From Candidatus Latescibacterota bacterium (GTDB lineage: Bacteria; Latescibacterota; UBA2968; GCA-2709665), in the NCBI GenBank assembly GCA_965222075.1, contig OZ244937.1, forward strand, positions 2,912,001 to 2,976,000: a stretch of DNA of 64,000 bases, in the 5' to 3' direction. A program made the translations under genes and the position numbers. The notes under the pieces are model-generated. The model was not told the origin of the DNA, ran no database searches, and was given only the letters and a program-made list of their open reading frames with translations. Positions within the stretch are counted from its first letter, which is position 1. Every line of letters starts with the position of its first letter. Shown piece by piece: positions 19,473 to 29,600 of the stretch.

Positions 19473-19633
19473 ACCATCGACTCCGGATATCGCTGAGAAA
19501 CGGACCAGGCGTATGCGGGCCGGTACCCGACTTCTGCCCACGCGCAGCTCAGTAGCGACGCATAATCCGCCAGATCGCCCCGCACCCCATACCGCCCAAT
19601 CCGTCCGCTGCTGCCCGTAACCGGAATATTCAT
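19469..19633 (-). pseudogene. Collapsed NAD-dependent epimerase/dehydratase (54 codons)
   Basis: GGAGG RBS, then MNIPVTGSSGRIGRY / RGDLADY / AWAEVGYRPAYAW: the Rossmann start, a GDL strand and the C-terminal motif of an extended SDR, joined in one frame. Confidence 0.7.
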
Positions 19634-19698
19634 CCTCCACCCCTTCCAGGTTTGATGCCTCCTAATGTAAAAAATAAACGCGATCAGAACAACACCTT

Positions 19699-19720
19699 GT
19701 AGGGGCGAGGCGCTCGCCCC
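19699..19720. repeat. GTAG-type REP-like palindrome
   Basis: GTAGGGGCGAG-GCG-CTCGCCCC: perfect 8-bp stem with a 5' GTAG. Confidence 0.6.
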
Positions 19721-19825
19721 GAAAAAAAAGAACCCCATGCCAGACAAGGGATTCTTTCGGTTATGTTTGGGTGAATGACAATCCCGATTACGATGAGGTC
19801 GTACCCAAATATCATATCCTGAGCC

Positions 19826-20116
19826 TCACTTCCACACATTTTGAATCCACGGAATCGCCGCCCGCAGAGGACCGATAAACCGGGACGTCTCGAAGTGGGT
19901 AATCCCCTCAACCACCACCAGCTCAACCGAAACACCCCTGGCCTTAAGCTGGCCTACAACGGTTTCAACCGGTTCTAAAGGGACGACCTCGTCCTGCCGG
20001 CTATGGATGATATAAAGGGGAATCCGCCACTCGATCTCCCCCGAATCGGATTCCGGCCGGGCAGCGATCGGTATTGCCGCTGCGAACCGGTTCTGGTGCC
20101 GCGCGGCCATATACCA
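19826..20116 (-). pseudogene. 3' half of an alpha/beta hydrolase (phospholipase/carboxylesterase-like)
   Basis: WYMAARHQNRFAAAIPIA...IIHSRQDEVVP...GITH. Begins just after the position of the GxSxG nucleophile; the 5' half is absent. Confidence 0.72.
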
Positions 20117-20234
20117 CTTTGGTTGTTTCTTCGGAGTGGGATCCGGGTGGAACACGATGTTGGGTTGGATGCTGCCACTGGACGAAAACGCAATAGAACC
20201 GCTGCCGTTCGTCAAGAAATTTGATGTCCACAAG

Positions 20235-20612
20235 CAAGGTACACGACAAAATAGAAAAGACCTGCGCTTTTAGATGAAATGAGTTAGGTTTGGGTTGGCC
20301 ACAATCCAACCACTCATAAGAAAGGCACAGGTCCATGTCTCCCCAAGCTAACCAATTGCAAGAGGTAATGCAATGGCATTTTCCCTGGCATAAAGCCCGA
20401 GTGAAATTCACCTGTCGGCACAGGCAGGCGCGCTGCGCGCAGGCAAGCGTGCGGTAACGCACAGGCAGGTCAGCGCGTTCATCCTATCCCTCATCAAACT
20501 CACAACAGTGAACTTCAGCAAACTGGCCAACGTTCTCAACGGCAAAGCCAAGCAGAAGTCCAACTATCACAGGATTCAACGTTTCTTCAGTGGGTTTCAT
20601 CTGCCCTATGAC
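20235..20612 (+). mobile_element. IS4-family insertion sequence relic (left end plus interrupted, truncated transposase)
   Basis: Putative left IR CAAGGTACACGACAAAA. ATG 20335 MSPQANQLQEVMQWHFPWHKARVKF, a 59-bp insertion, then SAFILSLIKLTTVNFSKLANVLNGKAKQKSNYHRIQRFF (SNYxRxQRFF signature). Confidence 0.8.
20411..20469. repeat. 59-bp stacked palindromic mini-insertion (CCTG...CAGG)
   Basis: Removing it restores TTC ATC AGC GCG and the transposase frame. It has three units, each ending CAGGCA(G/A)G. Confidence 0.75.
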
Positions 20613-20740
20613 CGGGGATCAAAAAAGTTACTTTATCCTCTAAGCGTGTTGAACCATGCCTATTTTTTAATGAACCCGAATCGAGAAATCGGCGTCTTTA
20701 CTCTATGAAGGGTTTTGTAGGGGAAAAAAGGAAATGACCC

Positions 20741-22825
20741 ATGTCGAGAGTCGTTGGTTTGGCCTGCATACTGCTGATGTTTCTGCATGCGTCTGCTGAG
20801 GCCGGAAAAGCCGACCCGGCAGTTGTGGATTCGCTGCTGGCGGTGGCGTCGGATACGATGCTTGCCCACAAAGCACGTATGAAAATTGTTAGAGAAGCCA
20901 TCGGTTGCGACCGATCGGGCCGGAGCAGGTATGCCCTGGCACGGCTCCATATGTCCGAGTGGAAGAAGACGTCACCTGAGGAAGCACAGCGCTGGCTGCT
21001 GCGGGCCATCCAGCGAGAGCCCGAGAATGCGGACTACCGGGCTACGTACGCGGAATTGTTCTGGATGTGGGACCATCGGGGTCGTTCCTACGAGCAGGCT
21101 ATGCGAGCACTCGAACTGGACCCGGACAACGTGCGTGCACTTTACTGGGCCGGCCGCAATGCGATGTGGCACATGACACGCTTTCTGGAAGCAGAGTGGG
21201 CAGGAACCCCTTTTAGTCTGAAAGAGCTGGGCGAGGAAAAAAGAGATATCGCCATTCATTATTTGACCCGGGCGTTGGCGGTCAATCCGGAACACTGGCC
21301 GTCGCGAAAGATCCTGGGCCTGGTCTACTACGAAGCCAGCATGCCCGGGGAGCTGGTGGCGCTTTTTGAAGCGTATGTGGAGCGACAGCCGGAAAATCCC
21401 AACGGCCATTTTTTCGTTGGCCTGGGCTATCAGGCGCTGGGGCACCCGGACAGGGCTTATAGTGCATACGTGAATGGGTTGGCCCGGATGTCTGAGCCGG
21501 AGCGGCAGTTTATGCAGTCGATCTTTTTGATGGTGGACAAAGAGGATGTTGGAACGCTGCCGGATGAGGAGGCAATCCGGCGGTTCTGGAGGGGCCGGGA
21601 TCCCTTTTTTCTGACGCCTGTGAACGAGCGGCTGATGGAGCACTGCCAGAGGGTGGCCTATGCCAACCTCCGGTATGGAGATTCTGTGAAGGGTATTGAG
21701 GGCTGGACGACGGAAAGGGGACAGGCCTACATCCGGTACGGGCACCCTTTATCTCGAGTTGCGCATCCGGCGGAGATTGATATGGGCAACGATCTGCCGT
21801 CTGCTGAACGGAACCGCCTGGCCGAGCGGGTCATGCAAGGGGAAAGGTCTTTGGGCAAGTTCACACCCCGTAAGGAGATCTGGACGTACGATGGCTTCAG
21901 GCTGGTGTTTGAGAACACGGACACCCGGGATGCCTGGAAATTCGGGATTGCATGGATGGGAGCGTATCCGTTGTACGAATTCTCGGATCTGACCGCCTGG
22001 ATACCGGAGTTTTACAAAGACCCCTACTGGTGGGAGCGCTACGACGCGCCTTACCAGATTGCACAGTTCCGGGCGGATGAGGGGAAGACACGGGTGGAGG
22101 TCTACTACGCGCTGCAGGGCGAGCAGGTGAGGCACCAGGAGGCCGGTCCTGGTCTGCAGGAGGTGGATGTGCAACAGGGGCTTTTCCTGTTCGATGCGGC
22201 GTGGAATACGGTGCGCAAGGAGGTCGGGCGGGTCAGGCGGATGCCCTGGGTGGTGTACGATGCAGATGGGGAGGGCTACCTGTTTGCAGGCGAGCAATTG
22301 ATGCTGGACCCGGGCGCTTACCATCTGGGGGTAGAGGTCGAGGATCAGGCGACGAAGGCGGTGGGGACCTTCCGGGATTCCCTGCGCGTGCGGCGTTTTG
22401 GATACGATTCTCTGGAGGCGAGCAGTCTGCTGCTGGCCAGGCGGATCGTGGAGCGGCAGGACAGGCCGTTTGGGCGAGAGCAGTTTATGATTTTGCCCGA
22501 CCCTTTGATGCAGTGTGCTCAGGGTGGGCAGGTGTCATGCTACTTCGAGGTATACAACCTGGCACAGGACGCGTTTGGAGCGACCCACTATCGGGTGGCT
22601 TACCAGATGCGGGTGCTGGTGGAGGGAAGAACGGGGGAGGTCGAACCGGAGTGGACCACGGTAGTGTCCCACACGCTTCGGGGCTCGCGGGCGTGGGAGT
22701 CGATTCGGGTGACATTGGATATGGAAGATTCGGCGCCGGGGCTCCGGGCGTTGCGGGTGGTGGTGGACGATTTGGCGGATCTGGAGCAGGCAGTAGCGAC
22801 GACGACGTTCCGCGTGATGTGGTGA
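20741..22825 (+). CDS. GWxTD domain-containing exported protein with TPRs
   Basis: Signal peptide, TPRs, FWRGRDP..LTPVNERLMEH..RVAYAN, GWTTERGQAYIRYG. Confidence 0.9.
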   Translation: MSRVVGLACILLMFLHASAEAGKADPAVVDSLLAVASDTMLAHKARMKIVREAIGCDRSGRSRYALARLHMSEWKKTSPEEAQRWLLRAIQREPENADYRATYAELFWMWDHRGRSYEQAMRALELDPDNVRALYWAGRNAMWHMTRFLEAEWAGTPFSLKELGEEKRDIAIHYLTRALAVNPEHWPSRKILGLVYYEASMPGELVALFEAYVERQPENPNGHFFVGLGYQALGHPDRAYSAYVNGLARMSEPERQFMQSIFLMVDKEDVGTLPDEEAIRRFWRGRDPFFLTPVNERLMEHCQRVAYANLRYGDSVKGIEGWTTERGQAYIRYGHPLSRVAHPAEIDMGNDLPSAERNRLAERVMQGERSLGKFTPRKEIWTYDGFRLVFENTDTRDAWKFGIAWMGAYPLYEFSDLTAWIPEFYKDPYWWERYDAPYQIAQFRADEGKTRVEVYYALQGEQVRHQEAGPGLQEVDVQQGLFLFDAAWNTVRKEVGRVRRMPWVVYDADGEGYLFAGEQLMLDPGAYHLGVEVEDQATKAVGTFRDSLRVRRFGYDSLEASSLLLARRIVERQDRPFGREQFMILPDPLMQCAQGGQVSCYFEVYNLAQDAFGATHYRVAYQMRVLVEGRTGEVEPEWTTVVSHTLRGSRAWESIRVTLDMEDSAPGLRALRVVVDDLADLEQAVATTTFRVMW

Positions 22826-22981
22826 TGAAGTGCCAGGATAAAGTGATGAAATGGTTTCGGGTTGCCCGACACATTTTCAGAACGAATGAACGTATTCATC
22901 CGGAATGGCGAACCTGAGTTCACTAAAGGGACCGGGAGAGTAGCCCGACCCCTTTCTTGCCTCGACGGTTTAACCGATGTA

Positions 22982-23685
22982 TCACCGCCCCGGCAACTCC
23001 GGCCCGTCCATCCTGACGAACCGAACCCTTCGCTTGTTCTCAATCCGTAGAACCTCCTGCCGTCCATCCCCATCCACATCCATCGTCTGAAACGGCGAAG
23101 CTAAGAACAACGGCAAGGAAGCGTAATCTTTGAACTGATGAAACGCATCGAAACGAAGCGTCTCACGCTCCTGCGTCAACTGCTGTTTCTCCAGCCTGAA
23201 CCCCTGATACTGAGTCTCTCTCAAGGTGATCTCGTCCGTTTCATAGACCGGAATCGGAACCACGAGACGACGCTTCCCCCCCGGTAAAGCCTGCCCCCAC
23301 AAACGAACTAAATTGTCCCTGTAAGCGATGGACAACGCTTCCTCGGCCACAAACGCCAGCCGTGAGCTTCCCGTATACGCATAAACGGACAGTTGCGGGG
23401 GCCTTGGCTGCGGCGGGTCTCCGCGATATCCCGACCTTAACACCGCGATCTCATCCCTCCCATCTCCGTTCAAATCGTCCACATGAATAATCATGTACGT
23501 TTCCAGAAAGGACACACTTGATACCAGATCGAAATCCCGTCCATTCCAGGACAGAACCTGAACGTCCACGGGGCCGATTCCGCCCGGATTGGTATATCCT
23601 TTCGGCAAATGACACAGGATAATTTCGTCACTGCCATCGCCATCCACGTCACCGACACACCCTTCTTGCCCGTAGAAATAGGAGT
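22982..23685 (-). pseudogene. C-terminal part of an FG-GAP/VCBS repeat protein
   Basis: GDVDGDGSDEI, DDLNGDGRDEI, DVDGDGRQEV; no proper start or RBS. Confidence 0.7.
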
Positions 23686-23836
23686 TTTTTTCCCTGCTTT
23701 ATACATATCATAATTCTTCTTTGAATTGATAGAATCGTTAGCTCCAGCATCAAAATCGAATGCCTTCCCATAGATATGCTGCGATTCTGATCCGTGCCCA
23801 TTCTCTTTGGGACAAGCATACCCAGCTGTAACAATG
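23686..23836 (-). pseudogene. AT-rich fragment resembling a peptidase M15A (LAS) domain
   Basis: IVTAGYACPKENGHGSESQHIYGKAFDF resembles the SGYRCP..N...SxH..GxAxD motif. Confidence 0.55.
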
Positions 23837-23988
23837 CTGAGTGGTCTTTCAAATAAGTTTATTTCCAGACAAACGACAGATGTCATTCCCGCGAAGGCGG
23901 GAATCCAGTCTATCAGATATGGATTGCCAATACAATCACTCGGGAAGGACAAAAAAACGTTAGCTAATTTTTTTGAAAGACCACTAAG
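23837..23988. mobile_element. MITE-like element of about 150 bp with CTNAG ends
   Basis: CTGAG-TGGTCTTTCAAA ... TTTGAAAGACCA-CTAAG: perfect 12-bp terminal inverted repeats, no transposase. Confidence 0.8.
23882..23908. repeat. REP/dRS3-like palindrome inside the MITE
   Basis: GTCATTCCCGCGAAGGCGGGAATCCAG (ATTCCC-N8-GGGAAT). Confidence 0.8.
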
Positions 23989-24287
23989 TCACCTGTGTCA
24001 AAATCCTTTGCAATAAAGAAGGTCTCAGCATCCTCCCAGACTTTCTCAAGCCTGTTATTCGCAATCTCGAATAAGGTTAAGCCTGTTGTGATCTGAAGAT
24101 CATGTGATGATCGTCCCCATAGACACGTTAGCCTTTCTGTCTCATGATCCCGGATTTCCAGGACAGCTTTACGGGTTCCTCTGAGTTCCGGAGAAGTGAA
24201 GTGGCGGACTTCGTCAGAAAATGTCTGTCCTGATGGATACAAACTCACCAGGACCGTTAGCATCCAGATTCTCGCTCGAGCCGTCAT
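23989..24287 (-). pseudogene. N-terminal part of an exported FG-GAP-type protein, cut by the MITE
   Basis: AAGGAG RBS, signal peptide MTARARIWMLTVLVSLY. Frame is broken at ...FDTGDL, the start of a GDLDG-type motif, exactly at the CTTAG. Confidence 0.65.
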
Positions 24288-24705
24288 TGTAATGACTCCT
24301 TTTTCTTTGTTTCTACGGTAAAAGCAACGTAATGCCGCCTTGGTAGGATTTCGCGGAAATGTGTACGGCATTACTTCCAATCTGATTTTACTTGCTTTTC
24401 CGGGGGCTCGATGCTACTTTTTTCATCACGGGCTCCTGGTCAAATGGGTCGGATTTTCTGGCAAGAATCTTAGCCCAATTTAACTTGAACTTGGAGCCTT
24501 CTCTTTTTCAGAAGTGGAAGCAGGCGCTCCTGTCTGCCCTGCGGACCTTTCGGGCGTTCCTGGACGATGGTGATGGACGGAACCGCGCGGAAAAGCCCCT
24601 TCCCTCCGCCCCGAAGGCGCGGGAGGCGAAATGCGTGAGCGGGCGCATAACAACTGATATTCAATTCTGGCAATCTTCAATCTTCAATCACAGAAAGGAC
24701 AGGAC

Positions 24706-26064
24706 ATGCAAACAGGCGAAACCCGCGGAATTTGCAAGCCCCCGAAAGGCCTGGGAGGGCTGCTGCGCAACATCGGGCCGGGCGTTGTGGTCTCCGGCTC
24801 GGTCGTAGGCTCCGGCGAGCTTCTGGTCACCACGCGCATGGGCGCCGACGTCGGGTTTGTGTTCCTCTGGGGCGTCCTTGTGGCCTGCCTGGTGAAATTC
24901 TTCATCCAGCTCGAACTGGGCCGCCAGTGCATCCTCCGCAACAACACGACCATTCAGGCCCTGGACCGGGTGCCCGGTCTCCGGCTGCAAAACGCCTCCT
25001 GGGTGGCCTGGCTGTGCGTACTGGGCTATTTCTCGGTCATGATCGCCCTCATCGGCATCCTCGGCTCGGTCGCCGGCCTTATGGTCACCGCATTCCCGGT
25101 AATACCCTACAGCATCTGGGCAGTCATCATCTTCCTGTTCATGTCCGCCCTGCTCTACCGCGGGCTCTATGCCGACCTGGAAAAGATGATCTCCTTTCTG
25201 GTGGCCAGCTTCAGCCTCATCGTCATCAGCCTCATCGTCATCGGCTCCGTACTCGTCCTGCAGGGCACGCCCTATGCCTTCAGCGGCTCGGATCTGCTGT
25301 CCGGTTTCCGCTTCGCCATGCCCCCGGAAGGCGCTTTTGTGGCCCTCGCCGTCATGGGCTCGGTCGGAGCAACAGCCGTGGAGCTGTTCATGTACCCCTA
25401 CTGGGTCCGGGAGAAGGGATACCCGGATTTCGTAGGCCCGCAGGAAGACACCCCGGAATGGCAGGCGCGCTACCGGGGCTGGATGCGGGTACTCGTTACC
25501 GATGCGCTCGTATGCACCCTCATCGCCCTGGTCATCACCTGCGCCTACTACCTGCTGGGCGCCTCGATCCTCAAAAGAATGAACGTGGTGCCCCAGGGCA
25601 TGAAGGTCGTCGAGCACGTCTCCCTGATCTTCACCGAGAGCATCGGCGCCTGGGCCAAAGGCCTCTTCATGTTCGGCGGTTTCTGCACCCTCTTCTCCAC
25701 CCTGCTCGTCTTCACCGCCAGCTCCGGGCGCATCGGCGCGGACTTTCTCCACCAGATCGGCCTGTCTTCCCTCAACCGGGAGGAGGCTCGCCTGCGTCTG
25801 ATACGCATCCTGCAAATCGCCTTCCCCTTCCTCTGGCTCTGCGTCACCCTGATAAAATCCGACACCCCCCTCGCCCTGGTGCTCCTGGGGGCCAACGCCA
25901 ACAACCTCCTGCTCATTCCCCTGGCCTACGCCGTCGTCCACCTGGCCATGCGCGCGGAAGGCAGGGTGCGCATGCCCCTCTGGAGCGAACTGGGACTGCT
26001 CTTCACCACCTGGGTCATCATCAATTTCACGGCCGTCAACCTCTACCTGAAGTGGACCCAGTAA
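24706..26064 (+). CDS. Nramp-like (APC superfamily) transporter
   Basis: GPGVVVSGSVVGSGELLVTTRMGA, KFFIQLELGR, YPYWVREKG; about 11 TM segments. Confidence 0.88.
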   Translation: MQTGETRGICKPPKGLGGLLRNIGPGVVVSGSVVGSGELLVTTRMGADVGFVFLWGVLVACLVKFFIQLELGRQCILRNNTTIQALDRVPGLRLQNASWVAWLCVLGYFSVMIALIGILGSVAGLMVTAFPVIPYSIWAVIIFLFMSALLYRGLYADLEKMISFLVASFSLIVISLIVIGSVLVLQGTPYAFSGSDLLSGFRFAMPPEGAFVALAVMGSVGATAVELFMYPYWVREKGYPDFVGPQEDTPEWQARYRGWMRVLVTDALVCTLIALVITCAYYLLGASILKRMNVVPQGMKVVEHVSLIFTESIGAWAKGLFMFGGFCTLFSTLLVFTASSGRIGADFLHQIGLSSLNREEARLRLIRILQIAFPFLWLCVTLIKSDTPLALVLLGANANNLLLIPLAYAVVHLAMRAEGRVRMPLWSELGLLFTTWVIINFTAVNLYLKWTQ

Positions 26065-26119
26065 AGGCGGGACACAGGGATCAGGGTTCGAACCGTACAG
26101 TCAATTTCCGGTCCCGGTC

Positions 26120-26554
26120 TTATTCCCGGGATCCTGCATCTTTCCCCCGCAGCGCGTCCAGTTCAGGTAAGAGTACAACGCTCTCCTGTTCATTGGGGTC
26201 GGTTCGGGCAATCACGGCGGTGCAGACTTCGGTCTTACTGGGATTGTACGGCAGGTGCGGCATACCGGCAGGGATATACAGGAGATCCCCGGCCCTGACG
26301 GTCAGGTGATCCTCCAGCTTCTCGCCATACCACATCCCGGCCTCGCCACGGATGGTGTAAACAGCCGTTTCGTGCGCTTCGTGAAGGTGGGCTTTGGCCC
26401 GTTCACCGGGGGGAATGGTCACCACCTGCATACAGATTCCCCGGGCTCCGGTATTGTCGGCCGAGATGCCCGCAAAATAGGTGAACGCCTGCTTGCCCCT
26501 GTACGTCTCCTCCGGGTGAATCACCCTGCAGGTCGGTTCAGGTTGCGTTGTCAT
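26120..26554 (-). CDS. Cupin domain protein
   Basis: KAHLHEAHETAVY, GDLLYIPAGMPHLPYN, ARTDPNEQESV; GAAGG RBS. Confidence 0.9.
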   Translation of the reverse strand: MTTQPEPTCRVIHPEETYRGKQAFTYFAGISADNTGARGICMQVVTIPPGERAKAHLHEAHETAVYTIRGEAGMWYGEKLEDHLTVRAGDLLYIPAGMPHLPYNPSKTEVCTAVIARTDPNEQESVVLLPELDALRGKDAGSRE

Positions 26555-26657
26555 TTGAAACCTTCCTTTCACGTGTTCGGGCGCCCATCCCCCTCCAACT
26601 CCTGCGGGTCCCTCCGCAGAGACGCAGAGAACGCCGAGAAAGACGGAGAACCTCTTC

Positions 26658-29600
26658 TTACTCGACCTCCCACGGAAGCGCCGGCACAGGCTCTCCCCCA
26701 TACGCTTTTACAAATGTCCGAAACCCTTCCAGCCCGATCCGGCGCGTATTGTAGCGTTCCCGGTAAACCCGGTGCGCCTCATCGTCCGGATACGTCTCCG
26801 ACGCGGGATACGGATAGGCCGACATCGCGTGGAACGGCAGCGGCCCCACCCGGTCTCCCGTCACCGTATTCTTATCCGCGTCCTTGTCCCACCCGTCGCT
26901 CAAAAACAGAAAATCCCGCTCCCATCCCGGACGCAGCGGCGGCAGTGCCCCTGCATCGAACCGCACCGTCACCTCGTCTCCGGCCGTCATAATCACGTAC
27001 CGGTCGTCTGCAGCGGTGAGCAGCTCCGTCACATCCCCGTACCGGGTGGCCATCCCTTCCATATCCGGCCACAGTGGCAGGGAGACCCGCTGTGTGTAGT
27101 CGAAAAGGTGCGGCCCGTCTTCGGACGGCCGGTACATCCGGGAGAACCCCCCGTAGTGGAGGTCTGCCGACCGGGGCCCCAGCCGGGTGATCCGGTGCGG
27201 GGCTTCCGGCGCGGCATCGGTCAAGAACGCCTGGTCCCAGTAGATCTGATAATTTGTCCGGATCCGGACCCGCGCATCCGGCGCATACAGCGCATCGCCC
27301 AGATCCAGCATCACCCACTTATCCTTCCCCGTGGGCATCCCGAACGGCGCATCCAGTGTTTGCCAGCCCGATGCCGGGCGCCAGACCTCCACCACCGGCA
27401 GGCTCGGCACCACCGCCCTTCCCTGAGACATTGACACATTGATGCTCGTATCCGTCCAGAAAATCCAGCAGCCAATCGCCAGCAGCGGGTGGTCCAGCCC
27501 GCTCACCTCTCCGAAATAGAGCGTCAGCGCGTGCGGCGTCACAATCCCCTGGTAGCGCGACGGCCGCAGCCTTTCTGGATACCGGTGGTCGAACCCCAGC
27601 AACCGCTCCGTCACCTCCCGGCCTCTCGAATCCTCTGCCCGCACCGGAGATACCCGCCCCCGGGTCAGAATCGGACGCGGAGGCGCGTACGGGGGCGGCA
27701 GGAACCGCTGGTCTGTAAATACCTCGACTCCGGGCGGATGGTCCACAACCCACAGCCCCACCTCATCCAGGTAAACCGTCTCCCACAACTCCTCGGTAAA
27801 CTGGAAAACGTAGTCCCCGTCCCGCACGGCGATCCGATCGCTTGGAACCGTCATCAGCTCCCGGGGGTTGTGGGGCGCAACCACGCCCTCGGCCACCTGG
27901 AGGCCCAGCGGCGACGCCCCCAGCAGATCGGTCACAAAGGCGAACCGTTCTCCGTCCCAGCAGTAGAGATAGGGGCAGGATCCCTTCAAAGTCTGGACCT
28001 CTGTGATCGTCTGGTCCGCCGATGGGCGCAGCACGTTTTGCGGCACCCCGTTGCTCCAGGTCACCCGCATCAGATCCGCCTGCGCCTGTTTCCCCAGCCC
28101 GAAATGCGTCACCGGAGAGCGCACGACCTGCATCTGGTAGTGCAGCCCTGCCTTGATCTCCACCTTGCTCCCGACCCCGTGCAGGTTGTTCTTGGTCCCA
28201 CCCGTGCGCAGTCCCTTCAACCGCACGCGCAAAAAGTGGTGGGCGTTCCCCCCTTCGTTGCGCCAGCCCCGCAGCTGCCCCGCACCGTCTAAGGCCAGCA
28301 GGTCCAGGTCGCCGTCCCCGTCCAGGTCCACCCCCAAAAGCGCCACACACCCCCGCAGCGGCAGCGGCAGCGACCGGACCTCCCAGCCACCGTCCCCCCG
28401 GTTGCGCAACACCGCCAGCGCCGGGCCTCCATTCCGGGTGCCGGCCACGGTCAGGTCCGTCCACCCGTCGTTATCGAAGTCGAACGCCGTCAGCGCCCGG
28501 ACCGAGACCCCATCCACCGCGACCTTCACACCCGGAGCGAACCCCTTTCCCGTATTGTACTGTATCCACACCGAACCTGCCCGGCCCACCAGCACAAGGT
28601 CCAGCCGTCCGTTGTTGTCCAGGTCGGCGGCCAGCACGGACCGACACGCCGTGGTATCCAGCCCCCGCGCCGCCTCGACAAACCGCCCCTGGCGCAGGTT
28701 ATCGAACAGGCGGAGTCCTCCGGCGTCTTCCACCCCCAGCAAGTCCACATCCCCATCGTCGTCGTGGTCGAACGCCGCGACCTGTGCGATCCCCCCATCC
28801 AGTCCCGACAGCCCTGCCTGCTCGCTCACCTCCCGGAACGTCCCGTCCAGACGGTTCTGCCAGAGCCGCACCCCCTCCTTCGACCCCGTGCAAAAATCCA
28901 GATCCCCTTCGTTGTCCGCATCCACCAGCTCCACCGTCCCACCCGGCTCCGGAGACAGCCCTGCAGGCGCCGTGACATCCTGCCACACCCCCGTCGAGTC
29001 CCCCCGCAGCAGGCGCAGCCCACCCCGTCCCACCGCAACCACGTCGAACACCCCGTCGTTGTCAAAATCCACAAACCGCGTCCCCGCAGCCGGCCCTGCG
29101 ATCTCATCCGGCAAAACCGAGACCCACCCCCTGCCCTCTCTGCGCCAGAGCCGCAGCCCACCCCGCTCCCCATCGGAAAACCCCACCAGCAGATCCTCAT
29201 CCCCGTCCCCGTCCACATCGGCGGCATCTATGCTCCCAACGGCCTCTGCCCCCCGCACCGCCACCGGCCCGGGCGCCGGAAGCGCATCCCTGTCGAACGG
29301 AACAAAGCGAACCCGAACCTCCGGCGGACGCTCTCGCTTCAGACCCTCGTCAAAGGATCGGCTGAACCGGACCAGGGGCAGTCCCACCACCGGCTGCTGC
29401 ACCTCCCCTAAGGCCTGTTTGTAGCGGGGCGTGGGGCGCAGCACGTTCTCCAACACCGTAAGCCCCCGCCGTATCCCCTGCGCATCTCCGGCCGCCAGCG
29501 CCTTCTCGACCCCATCCAGCACCCTGCGGGGCATCGCCATATCCAGCACCGCCGGCCGCAGCACCTCCAGCCCCCGCGCCGCCCCCTCCGGATTCCCCTG

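Noticed and set aside
18699-19640. 313-aa creatininase with an N-terminal extension, as in the ORF track
   Set aside because: The extension is an off-frame read of the epimerase relic; the coupled ATG at 19472 is the better start.
24400-24660. GC hairpins upstream of the Nramp-like gene as a possible metal riboswitch or ncRNA
   Set aside because: No yybP-ykoY or other consensus recognised; such stems are expected at this GC content.
24688-26309. Long overlapping ORFs (24688-25941 -, 24732-26309 +) and similar ones at 28153, 32919, 42220 and 61553
   Set aside because: Shadow ORFs of well-supported genes in high-GC DNA, with Arg/Pro-rich or antisense composition and no motifs.
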